Assembly: GCA_002269645.1 (NCBI GenBank)
Contig: NIVC01001222.1
Coordinates: 46,846 to 110,845, forward strand
DNA: 64,000 nt
Direction: 5' to 3'
Source of the DNA: Macrostomum lignano
Taxonomy: Eukaryota
Below the pieces are notes generated by a model. It was not told the origin of the DNA. It saw only the letters and a list, made by a program, of their open reading frames with translations, and made no database searches. Positions 34,607-45,735 of this stretch are shown in pieces (within the stretch, counting starts at the first letter, position 1; each line of letters starts with the position of its first letter). The translations under genes and the position numbers were made by a program.

Positions 34607-37600
34607 ATGCCAGCACCAGAGCTCATGGACCCGCCGCCACCGCCGCCAAGAGGCCAGCAGCGCCGTCTGTCTGTACGCCGCAGTGTCAGCGCGCCGAAGC
34701 CGCAGACCTCCGTTCTGCAGCCTTCCAACCTGCAGAATCAGCCGAATCTCGATGAGAGCATCAGCGCCTCTGGCACACCTGCTAAACAGCCGTGTCGCCG
34801 AAGTACTCGAATGTCTGCTGCCAATGCCTCCATTTCGGTGAGATATGCTTTTTAAATAGTCAATGCTGGGATTGCTTGGGTCATGACCTGGGTCCTCATC
34901 GGGGTCATGACCTGGGTCCTCATCGGGGTCATGACCTGAGTCCTCATCGGGGTCATGACCTGGGTCCTCATCGGGGTCATGACCTGGATAACTCGATTCT
35001 TCTTTGGGGTCATGACCTAGATTCTTTAGTGTCATGACCTAGATTCTTCTTTAGGCTCATGACCTGGATTCCTCATTGGGGTCATCACCTAGATTCTCTT
35101 TTGCGTCATGACCTAGATTCTTCTTTGGGTCATGACCTAGATTCTTTGGGGTCATGACCTGGATTCCTCATTAGGGGCATCACCTAGATTCTCTTTTGGG
35201 TGATGACCTAGATTCCTCAGTGGGATTGGGGTCATGACCTGGATTCTTCATTGAGATTGGGGTCATGACCTGGATTTCTCATAAGGGTCATGACCTGGAT
35301 TTCTCATAAGGGTCATGACCTGGATTCCTCAATTGGGTCATGGCCCGGTCATCGCTCCCGCAGATCAGCCACATTCTGTCGCACGACTTCAACCGCTTGA
35401 GCCTGAACCCGAATGGCAGACGCTCGCAGCAGAGAACGCCTCGAAAGCCTCCGCCGTTGAAGTGCCCGTTGCCGCCGTCGCCTGAACTGACACCGCCGCC
35501 GGTGCCGCCCATGCCGCCCAAGTCGACAGTCGGAGCTTCCGACACGCCTCGTCGGAGCGTCGCACGAAAAACTCCCGGCTTCTACGCGGAACAGCCGACT
35601 TCGCCGCGTCCGCTGCACCAAGCCGCCACCGACCTTGACGACGATCCTGATGTCGACGAAGACTTCGAGCCGTCAGAGTCCTCAGATGAGGATGACGATG
35701 AAGATGTCGACGAGGGCAGCGACGACTCGGAGGACAGCGACGAGACAGATGATGACATCGACGGCGAGGAAGACCTGGACGACCTCGAGGACGACGTGGC
35801 GAGCGTCGACTCGATGGCCGACGTCACCTTGGCTGGCGACCTGCTGGCTCGTGACGGCTCGCCCTGCGGCAAATCGCGTGAGGTGAGACCCGATCCGCCC
35901 CCTCAAGGCCAATCCGCTCCCTCCTTCAGGCCAATCCGCCCCTTCCTCAGACTAATCCGCCCCTTCCTCTAACTAATCAGCCCTTCGTTCAGGCTAACCT
36001 GCCCCTTTTTTAGACTAATCCACCTCTTCCTCGGACTCATCCGCCTTCCTCAGACTAATCCGCCCCATTTTCAGACTAATCCGCCCCTTCTTCAAACCAA
36101 TCCGCCCCTCTTCTCCGCCCCCGCAGGCCGGCCGTCGGATGTCGCGCGCGTCGCCCCTGCCGGCTTCGCCGCTGCTCCGTGACTCGGACATTCGCTTGCC
36201 GAACCGGCGCGGCGCTGGAAATCGTCGATCAACGGCGCCAATCGACGAGGCGCGCCAACGCCTACAAGCGCGCGAGGCGCCAAGAATTTTGCCCTGCCGA
36301 CATGACGAATTCCAAGCGGTGTTCAGCTTCGTTGAGAGCCGCCTGCGTCAGGAGGGCGGCTGCGGCGGCTGCCTGTTCATCAGCGGCGTGCCCGGCACCG
36401 GAAAGACGGCCACCGTCATGGAGGTCCTGCGCCAAGTTGCCGACATGCCCGATCTGCCTCCATTTGACACCGTGTTAGTCAACGGGATGAAGGTTACCGA
36501 GCCTAAGCGGGTGTACTCTGCCATTGTGCGACAGCTGCATAAGGTTTGTGCTCAGATCCCACTGCCATCCCTAATTCCCATCTCTGATCCCACTGCCATG
36601 CCAATTCCCATCTCAGATCCCACTGTCATCCCAATTCTCATCTCTGATCCTACCCGAATCCCATTTGAAATCCCACCGATTTCCCATTGGAAATCCCACC
36701 CGATTTCCCATTTGAAATCCCACCCAAATCCTGCTCTAAAATCCTACCCAATTGTCCATCTCAGATCTAACCCGAATCTTCATTTAAGATCCCACCCGAT
36801 TTCCCATCTCAGATCCCACACCAATCCCCATCTCAGATCCCACACCAATCCCATCTCAGATCCCACACGAATCCCCATCTCAGATCCCACACGAATCCCC
36901 ATCTCAGATCCCACACGAATCCCCATCTCAGATCCCACACGAATCCTTACCTCAGATCCCACACGAATCCCCATCTCAGATCCCATACGAATCCCCATCT
37001 CAGATCCCACACGAATCCTTATCTCAGATCCCACACGAATCCCCATCTCAGATCCCACACGAATCCCCATCTCAGATCCCACCCGTTTATCCCATCCCGA
37101 CAGGTCCGCGCCCCCTGGCAGGCAGCCCTCCGCCGGCTCAAGTCGGAGTTCAACAGCGCCAGAGGGCGTCCCTGCGTGCTGCTGGTTGACGAGCTGGACA
37201 TGCTGTGCAACCGGCGCCAGGACGTGCTCTACAATCTGTTCGAATGGCCGCAGAATCCCAACTCGCGCCTCATCGTGCTGGCCATCGCCAACACCATGGA
37301 CTTGCCCGAGCGGGTCCTTGTGCACCGGGTGGCCTCCCGGCTGGGCCTGAGCCGTCTGGTGTTCCAGGCCTACAGCCACGACCAGCTGATGGAGATTGTG
37401 CGCTCCCGCATCTCCAAGCTGCACATCTTTGAGGATAAGGCGGTTGAAATGGCAGCCAGAAAGGTGGCTGCTGTTAGCGGGGACGCCAGGTGAGTGGGTC
37501 AGCCTCGGCCAAGCTAGCATGGGTCAGCCAGGTGGGTCAAGCTTGAATGGGTCAAGCTAGCGTGGATTAGCCAAGTAAGTCAAGCTTGAATGGGTCAAGC

Positions 37601-38756
37601 TAGCATCGGTCAGCCAGGTGGATCAAGCTAGCATGGGTCAGCCAGGTGGGTCAAGCTAGCATCGGTCAGCCAGGTGGATCAAGCTAGCATGGGTCAGCCA
37701 GGTGGGGCAAGCTAGCATCGGTCAGCCAGGTGGGTCAAGCTAGCATGGGTCAGCCAGGTGGGTCAAGCTTGAATGGGTCAAGCTAGCATGGGTCAGCCAG
37801 GTGGGTCAAGCTAGCATCGGTCAGCCAGGTGGGTCAAGCTAGCATGGGTCAGCCAGGTGAGTCAAGCTAGCATCGGTCAGCCAGGTGAGTCAGGCTAGCA
37901 TGGGTCAGGTCAAGCTTGAATGGTTCAGCCAGGTGGGTCAAGCTGGCATGGGTCAGCCAGGTGGGCCAAGCTTGAATGGGTCAAGCTAGCATGGGTCAGC
38001 CAGGTGGGTCAAGCTAGCATCGGTCAGCCAGGTGGGTCAAGCTAGCATGGGTCAGCCAAGTGGGTCAGGCTAGCATGGGTCAGGTCAAGCTTGAATGGTT
38101 CAGCCAGGTGGGTCAAGCTGGCATGAGTCAGCCAGGTGGAATGGGTCAAGCTAGCATGGGTCAGCCAGGTGGGTCAAGCTAGCATGGGTCAGCCAGGTGG
38201 GTCAAGCTTGAATGGGTCAATCAGATGGGTCAGTCAGCTCGGAACCCTCCTTCCCCATTCCCCCAGACGCGCCCTGGACCTGTGCAGCCGCAGCTGTGAC
38301 CTGGCCGAACAGGAGTTCGGGCCGCAGCAGATGCAGCGGATGAATCTGCAGGTGGGCATGAAACACGTGAACGCGGCCATCGCCGAGATGTTCGCCGGGC
38401 CGGTGATCACAGCTGTGGCCAACCAGCTTAGCGAGTACGAACGGCTCACCCTGCGGGCCTGCCTGTCCCAGCGACTCGAGTCCGGCCGAGACGAGAACCC
38501 GGTTGGCCGGGTCTGGCGCTCAGTGCTCAACATCGCCAGATCGGAGGGCCTGGAGGCGCCCAGTTGGCCGGCGCTTTGCGTCTGTCTCGGCTGTCTGCAC
38601 GCCATGCGGCTGCTGCTGTGGGACGGCGGGCACCGGGGCCTGGCCGGCCGGGTCATCATCAATTGCTCGCCTCAGGATGTGCAGCTCGGGCTGGGCGAGC
38701 TGAAACAGACGCCGAAACCGCCGGCCGAACAGCAATTGCCGAGACTGGCCGACTGA
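34607..38756 (+). CDS. ORC1: Origin recognition complex subunit 1 (~680 aa; no BAH domain in the model)
   Basis: Exons 34607-34837, 35364-35882, 36127-36543, 37104-37489, 38267-38756 (phases 0,0,0,2). LPCRHDEF, Walker [15 protein letters not shown], Walker [45 protein letters not shown], winged-helix C-terminus. The start could instead be ATG 34624. Confidence 0.93.
34875..35345. repeat. ~24-bp minisatellite (gggtcatgacctgggtcctcatcg) in ORC1 intron 1
   Basis: Tandem units read directly. Confidence 0.9.
35890..36120. repeat. 21-bp minisatellite (ctaatccgccccttcctcaga) in ORC1 intron 2
   Basis: Tandem degenerate units. Confidence 0.85.
36550..37085. repeat. 24-bp minisatellite (atctcagatcccacacgaatcccc) in ORC1 intron 3
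   Basis: Tandem units read directly. Confidence 0.9.
37495..38235. repeat. 28-bp minisatellite (gggtcagccaggtgggtcaagctagcat) in ORC1 intron 4
   Basis: Tandem units read directly. Confidence 0.92.
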
Positions 38757-38799
38757 TTGTGGGGGCTTTGATTGCCTGGAGTCGCTTTTGATAATGAGG

Positions 38800-39305
38800 G
38801 AAATTAAGTCAGTTTGTTATATTGAGGGGAATTCAGTCAGTTTGTTGTAATGAGGGGAGTTTAGTCAGTTTGTTATATTGAGGGGAATTCAGTCAGTTTG
38901 TTGTAATGAGGGGAATTTAGTCAGTTTGTTATATTGAGGGGAATTTAGTCAGTTTGTTATATTGAGGGGAATTTAGTCAGTTTGTTATATTGAGGGGAAT
39001 TTAGTCAGTTTGTTATATTGAGGGGAATTTAGTCAGTTTGTTATATTGAGAGGAATTTAGTCAGTTTGTTATATTGAGGGGAATTTAGTCAGTTTGTTAT
39101 ATTGAGGGGAATTTAGTCAATTTGTTATTGAGAGGAATTTAGTCAGTTTGTTATATTGAGGGGAATTTAGTCAGTTTCTTATTGAGGGGAATCTAGTCAG
39201 TTTCTTATTGAGGGGAATCTAGTCAGTTTCTTATTGAGGGGAATCTAGTCAGTTTCTTATTGAGGGTTATTTAGTCAGTTTCTTCTTGAGGGGAATTCAG
39301 TCAGT
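38800..39305. repeat. 28-bp minisatellite (gaggggaatttagtcagtttgttatatt) just 3' of ORC1
   Basis: Tandem units read directly. Confidence 0.92.
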
Positions 39306-39829
39306 GTCATATGTGACAGTTTAATTATCTGAAGCTATGCAATTGCTCATTAGATTTATTACTGTCTGCGATCTCCGCTGTCTGCAGTCCATGCGGCTGT
39401 TTATTAAAATTGGTTTATTTTTTAACGCGACTTATATATTTGCATTTTCTTATACACCCCAGCATTAGGTGCTTATGAACTTACGGCATTTTATTATTAA
39501 ATTTCAATATTTTTTCAAAAGCCTAACTTTAAAGTGAGTCTGATGTAGTTTCCACTGAATGAAAATATTTCCAACCTACGAGTTGACAGAGAAACGTATT
39601 AATGAACGTATTATCTCGAATTAATAAACTAAAGTCAGGGTTTTCAACAAAACAAATCTGAATTTTGCCTTCCAATTAATTACTAAATGATGCTATTACA
39701 AACGTCAATTTCTACTTTTTTCTCATGAAAGTTCGAAGATTGGGTAAATTGCAAGTTGGGATAATCGGCATAAAAACTTGCTTTTTAAACTCCCAAATGG
39801 CAAGAACCTGTTGTCATCTTACTTTAGGA

Positions 39830-41005
39830 GTTATGGAGAGCATGACTCAATCATCTCCGTGTGGGGGTGATGGAGAGCAATGACTCAATCATCCCAGTGT
39901 GGGGGTGATGGAGAGCAATGACTCAATCATCCCAGTGTGGGGGTAATGGAGAGCAATGACTCAATCATCCCGGTGTGGGGTGATGGAGAGCAATGACTCA
40001 ATCATCTCAGTGTGGGGGTGATGGAGAGCATGACTCAATCATCCCGGTGTGGGGTGATGGTGAGCAATGGCTCAATCATCTCAGTGTGGGGTGATGGAAA
40101 GCATGACTCAATCATCTCAGTGTGGGGGTGATGGAGAGCAATGACTCAATCATCTCAGTGTGGGGTGATGGAGAGCAATGACTCAATCATCTCAGTGTGG
40201 GGTGACGGAGAGCAATGACTCAATCATCTCAGTGTGGGGGTGATGGAGAGCAATGACCCAATCATCTCAGTGTGGGGGGTGATGGAGAGCAATGACTCAA
40301 TCATCTCAGTGTGGGGTGATAGAGAGCAATGACCCAATCATCTCAGTGTGGGGGGTGATGGAGAGCAATGACTCAATCATCTCAGTGTGGGGGGTGATAG
40401 AGAGCAATGACTCAATCATCCCAGTGTGGGGGTGATGGAGAGCAATGACTCAATCATCTCAGTGTGGGGTGACGGAGAGCAATGACTCAATCATCCCGGT
40501 GTGGGGTGATGGAGAGCAATGACTCAATCATCTCAGTGTGGGGGTGATGGAGAGCATGACTCAATCATCCCGGTGTGGGGTGATGGAGAGCAATGGCTCA
40601 ATCATCTCAGTGTGAGGTGATGGAAAGCATGACTCAATCATCTCAGTGTGGGGGTGATGGAGAGCAATGACTCAATCATCTCAGTGTGGGGTGATGGAGA
40701 GCAATGACTCAATCATCTCAGTGTGGGGTGACGGAGAGCAATGACTCAATCATCTCAGTGTGGGGGTGATGGAGAGCAATGACCCAATCATCTCAGTGTG
40801 GGGGGTGATGGAGAGCAATGACTCAATCATCTCAGTGTGGGGGGTGATAGAGAGCAATGACTCAATCATCCCAGTGTGGGGGTGATGGAGAGCAATGACT
40901 CAATCATCTCAGTGTGGGGATGATAGAGAGCAATGACTCAATCATCTCAGTGTGGGGGTGATAGAGAGCAATGACTCAATCATCCCAGTGTGGGGTGATG
41001 GGTCA
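39830..41005. repeat. 37-39-bp minisatellite (gagagcaatgactcaatcatctcagtgtgggggtgatg)
   Basis: Tandem units with a variable G-run. Confidence 0.95.
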
Positions 41006-41397
41006 TGGAGACACACACAGTTCTTTCACGTTAGAGATTTAGTTTTGCGTTCAGCTATACCCTCTCACTCTCGGCGCATTTGAAGTCAAACTGTTTATAC
41101 TGTAAAGCACAACGAATTATAAATTTTTCTCGTGTGAAACAATCGCACTTATCTGATTCCAAGTATGAAGATTGCAGGGTACGGCGCATTTTGCGTACAG
41201 TTTAGCGAAGACAACTAATTAATAAGCAGGTGCAGATGTACCTCAGAATTACTCTCAGTGCAAGGATACGCTTCAGTCTAACTGTTCACAGACCAAAATC
41301 TTAGGCCTGGATTGTCGCTCCTTAATAGCCGCATTCTGTTGCCACTTAGACAACTTAGATACTTACCATAGTTGTGGAATCTAGTCCAGACAGAGAG

Positions 41398-44265
41398 ATG
41401 CTGGTGTGCTGGGTGGCGCTCTGCTGCCATTGAGCTCTGCTATCTCCAGCGAAGCCGCTGCCGCAAACGAATACGCTCACGATTCAGACCAGACAAGGAA
41501 CAGACCGCTCACGATTCTGTTGTTCAAAAGCTCAGGAACCTGCGCAGTCGACTGTCCGGCTGCCAGATTGTCATCGGCGACATCCATTTGATGCTAATAG
41601 AACAGAAGCACTTTGAAGAACAAGGCGAAGTGCTGGACTTCAGCTTCCTGAGGACCATCAAGGAAGTCACGGGCTGCGTGAATTGCTGATCGACTCGTGC
41701 TTCTCCTCACCGCAAGAATTCGAAAGTCTGCAAGTGATCCGCGGTACCGGATGCGGCAACTCGAGCCTCGTGCTCGCCTTCCACCCGAACTGCGTCCTGC
41801 AGACGCCTTACACATCGCCTTTCCCAATCTTCGCTACATCGGTGGCGGACAGGGGCATCGCCAACGGGGGGGGGACATGCTCCCCCCAGTAAAAGATCTG
41901 GGGGGGGGGACATGCCAGTGCTTTGTCCCCCCACCCCTGCACCTTGTGGCCCGTTGTGGAAATCAATAATTTTGCTGCATGGCGACAAAACATAGTGCCT
42001 GTGGCGCTAAAATGAGTGCCTGTGGCGCTAAAATGAGTGCCTGCGGCGCTAAAATGAGTGCCTGCGGCGCTAAAATGAGTGCCTTTGGCGCTAAAATGAG
42101 TGCTTTTGGCGCTAAATGAGTGCCTATGGCGCTAAAATGAGTGCCTATGGCGCTTAATGAGTGCCTATGGCGCTAAAATGAGTGCCTGCGGCGCTAAAAT
42201 GAGTGCCTGCGGCGCTAAAATGAGTGCCTGCGGCGCTAAGATGAGTGCCTGCGGCGCTAAAATGAGTGCCTGCGGCGCTAAAATGAGTGCCTGCGGCGCT
42301 AAAATGAGTGCCTGCGGCGCTAAAATGAGTGCCTGCGGCGCTAAAATGAATGCCTGCGGCGCTAAGATGAGTGCCTGCGGCGCTAAAATGAGTGCCTGCG
42401 GCGCTAAAATTGTGCTTGCGGCGCTAAAATGAGTGCCTGCGGCGCTAAAATGAGTGCCTGCGGCGCCAAAATGAGTGCTTTTGGCGCTAAATGAGTGCCT
42501 ATGGCGCTAAAATGAGTGCCTATGGCGCTAAATGAGTGCCTATGGCGCTAAATGAGTGCCTATGGCGCTAAGATGAGTGCCTGCGGCGCTAAAATGAGTG
42601 CCTGCGGCGCTAAGATGAGTGCCTGCGGCGCTAAAATGAGTGCCTGCGGCGCTAAAATTGTGCTTGCGGCGCTAAAATGAGTGCCTGCGGCGCTAAAATG
42701 AGTGCCTGCGGCGCCAAAATGAGTGCTTTTGGCGCTAAATGAGTGCCTATGGCGCTAAAATGAGTGCCTATGGCGCTAAATGAGTGCCTATGGCGCTAAA
42801 ATGAGTGCCTGCGGCGCTAAAATGAGTGCCTGCGGCGCTAAAATGAGTGCCTGCGGCGCTAAAATGAGTGCCTGCGGCGCTAAAATGAGTGCCTGCGGCG
42901 CTAAAATGAGTGCCTGCGGCGCTAAAATGAGTGCCTGCGGCGCTAAGATGAGTGCCTGCGGCGCTAAAATGAGTAGGATGTAGGATTCTAAAATGTTGAA
43001 TTCTTGGCTCTGTCCCCCACCATAAAATCCATGGCGACGCCCCTGGTGGCGGAGTCGCACTACTCGATGTCGCCTCCTGCTACATCGAGCGTCACGTCAG
43101 CCTCTCGGAACTCTTCGCCTATCTGATGGCTCCAGTTGTGTCGAGGATAGGCCAATGCAGAGACTTGGACAACGCCTGCACCTGCACAGAGTGGCCTGAA
43201 GACGGTCAGCAAATTGCTGAGGACCCGAACTCCGACACTGCCAGCCTCGCAGTCGGTGCAGACAACTCGACGCACTCGCGAATGCGAGATGCTTCCAGAG
43301 ATGCTTCATCGACTCTCAAGGCGGGGAGCGGTGCAAAAATGTGATCTAGAAAATCCTTACCACCCTGGAGCGGCGCAGAACAGGTCGCTAGTTGAAGGGA
43401 AGATGTTGCCGCACGGGCCACTGTGCGTCAATAAATGCCTTGCGTCCTACTTCATGGAGGACGGTTCGTGCGTTAAAAAGTGCACATCGGGTCGGGGCGA
43501 AAACCGGACGCAGATGGAGCGTGCGTGGCGTCAGACAACTCCAGCGAGTGCGAACTTGGCGTGAGCTCGTCATGGATTAAATATTTCGGACTGGCGTCCC
43601 TTCGCTACATAAGAAAATACATAATTGGATTCCAAGCTCATCCCCAGTGGGCTCAATGTCAGTCTTTGCACCGGATTTTTACCCAAACAAGAGGCGTTTA
43701 CGCAATCGGTAATTCTACTCGGATCCTCTAATGCTTCAAACTGCAGGTTTCGCAGTCGCGAAAGCTTGACTGATCTCCGGTTGAGGTCGTCAGTTTGTCC
43801 CTTTCAAGCCGGCCAGCTGCGATCCCCAGTGCGAGCCTCGGTTCGGCTTGCTGGGGCCCCGGCCCAACCAACTGCGTCCGTTGTCGCTCCGTCAAGGCTG
43901 GCCTAACTTGCCTGGAGTCTTGCAAATCGAGTCCCGGATGGTTTTTCGCGAAGCCGGGCAGTCCCTCCATGAGAGGCTTGTGCAACAGGTGTCACGATTC
44001 GTGCGCCACGTGCGACAGACCGAACGCCTGCACCGCCTGCCCGAATGGAACTTTCTTCGATGGCTCGGTCTGCGTCGCCAAGTGCAACCCGGACACTCAG
44101 TTTGCGGACGTTGATGAGTTCGAGTGCAAGCCACGGGCCGAACCAAAGGGATCATTGACAGGCGTTTTTGTCGGAGTCGTTGGCTTCGCGGTCTGCCTTG
44201 TCGCTCTGCTGGCGTTCTGCATCTGGCGTTGTGTCCGAGCGAGGTGCGACCACTACTATTTTTAG
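41398..44265 (+). pseudogene. EGFR/ErbB-like ectodomain + transmembrane pseudogene (L domain, furin-like Cys-rich repeats, TM), no kinase
   Basis: Fragments in shifting frames: LSGCQIVIGDIHL..DFSFLRTIKEVTG, FESLQVIRG, FPNLRYIGGG|VALL, NC*GPELRHCQ, EGKMLPHGPLCVNKC..DGSCVKKC, FGLASLRYI, CWGPGPTNCVRC, TM GVFVGVVGFAVCLVALLAFCIW. Several frameshifts, a TGA at 43218-43220 and a MITE insertion. Confidence 0.85.
41850..43045. mobile_element. hAT-type MITE carrying a 21-bp satellite (ggcgctaaaatgagtgcctgc, ~41995-42975)
   Basis: TIRs caggggcatcgcca / tggcgacgcccctg (1 mismatch); perfect 8-bp TSD gtggcgga (41842-41849, 43046-43053); removal restores the IGGG-VALL reading. Confidence 0.93.
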
Positions 44266-44299
44266 CTTGCTTTAACTGGCCGAGTGAAAGCAAAATAAA

Positions 44300-45440
44300 G
44301 TAAACTATGGCGCCAAACCAGATGCTACGTAAACTATGGCGCAAAAATGGATTCGACATGTAAAAGATGGCGCCAAACCGAATGCTACATGTAAACTATG
44401 GCGCCAAACCGGATGCTTCAAGTAAACTATGGCGCCAAACCGGATGCTTCAAGTAAACTATGGCGCCAAACCGGATGCTACATGTAAACTATGGCGCCAA
44501 ACCGGAAGCTGTGTGAACTATGGCGCCAAAATGGATCTTACATGTAAAAGTAAAATAGTGCCTGTGGCGCTAAAATGAGTGCCTGCGGCGCTAAGATGAG
44601 TGCCTGCGGCGCTAAGATGAGTGCCTGCGGCGCCAAAATGAGTGCCTGCGGCGCCAAAATGAGTGCCTGTGGCGCTAAAATGAGTGCCTGTGGCGCTAAA
44701 TGAGTGCCTGCGGCGCTAAAATGAGTGCCTGCGGCGCTAAAATGAGTGCCTATGGCGCTAAAATGAGTATCTGCGGCGCTAAGATGAGTGCCTGCGGCGC
44801 TAAGATGAGTGCCTGCGGCGCTAAGATGAGTGCCTACATGTAACACATGTAAACTATATGGCGCCAAACCGGATGCTACATGTAAACTATGGCGCCAAAC
44901 CGGATGCTACATGTAAACTATGGCGCCAAACCGGATGCGACAGGTAAACTATGGCGCCAAACCGGATGCTACATGTAAACTATGGCGCCAAACCGGATGC
45001 GACAGGTAAACTATGGCGCCAAACCGGATGCGACAGGTAAACTATGGCGCCAAACCGGATGCGACAGGTAAACTATGGCGCCAAACCGGATGCTACATGT
45101 AAACTATGGCGCCAAACCGGATGCTACATGTAAACTATGGCGCCAAACCGGAAGCAATGTAAACTATGGCGCCAAAATGGATTCGACATGTAAAAGATGG
45201 CGCCAGACCGGATGCTACATGTAAACTTGTTTGGCGCCAAACCGGATGCTTCATGTAAAAGATGGCGCCAAACCGGATGCTACATGTAAACTATGGCGCC
45301 AAACCGGATGCAACAGGTAAACTATGGCGCCAAACCGGATGCTTCATGTAAACTATGGCGCCAAACCGGATGCTACATGTAAACTATGGCGCCAAACCGG
45401 ATGCTACATGTAAACTATGGCGCCAAACCGGATGCGACGA
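44300..45440. repeat. 31-bp minisatellite (tatggcgccaaaccggatgctacatgtaaac) with an embedded block of the 21-bp MITE satellite (44555-44835)
   Basis: Read directly. Confidence 0.92.
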
Positions 45441-45735
45441 GAATGCTTTCAGTTCCGGTATGCGCATGTGTCAAGAAAAATAAGACTTTTACGCCATATT
45501 GTTTTAATTGAAGAACAGAGATTGCACCCATTTATTTATTTATTAAAACAATTGTTTTAAATCAGTTTAGTCTTTGCAGAGAAAATGCAACTTCAACGAG
45601 ACAACAGAAAATAAAACGCGGCGAAAATAGAGGGGAAATAAACCAACACACGCAGAAAAGCTACTGCAAGTAGGCGAGAAGAAAATAGCACGCAAATTCG
45701 AGTTTTGAAAAGAAAAAATGCACATTTTTTTCGTA

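Noticed and set aside
36127-38756. CDC6 instead of ORC1
   Set aside because: [16 protein letters not shown] and ANTMDLPER match ORC1 better than CDC6 as recalled.
39830-41005. Regular 37-39-bp repeats as a possible CRISPR array
   Set aside because: No unique spacers and no cas genes; eukaryotic context. The same applies to all other arrays.
41398-44265. Functional EGFR/insulin receptor with micro-introns explaining the frame changes
   Set aside because: The shifted segments align contiguously to EGFR-like motifs with no room for introns; there is also an in-frame TGA and an exonic MITE.
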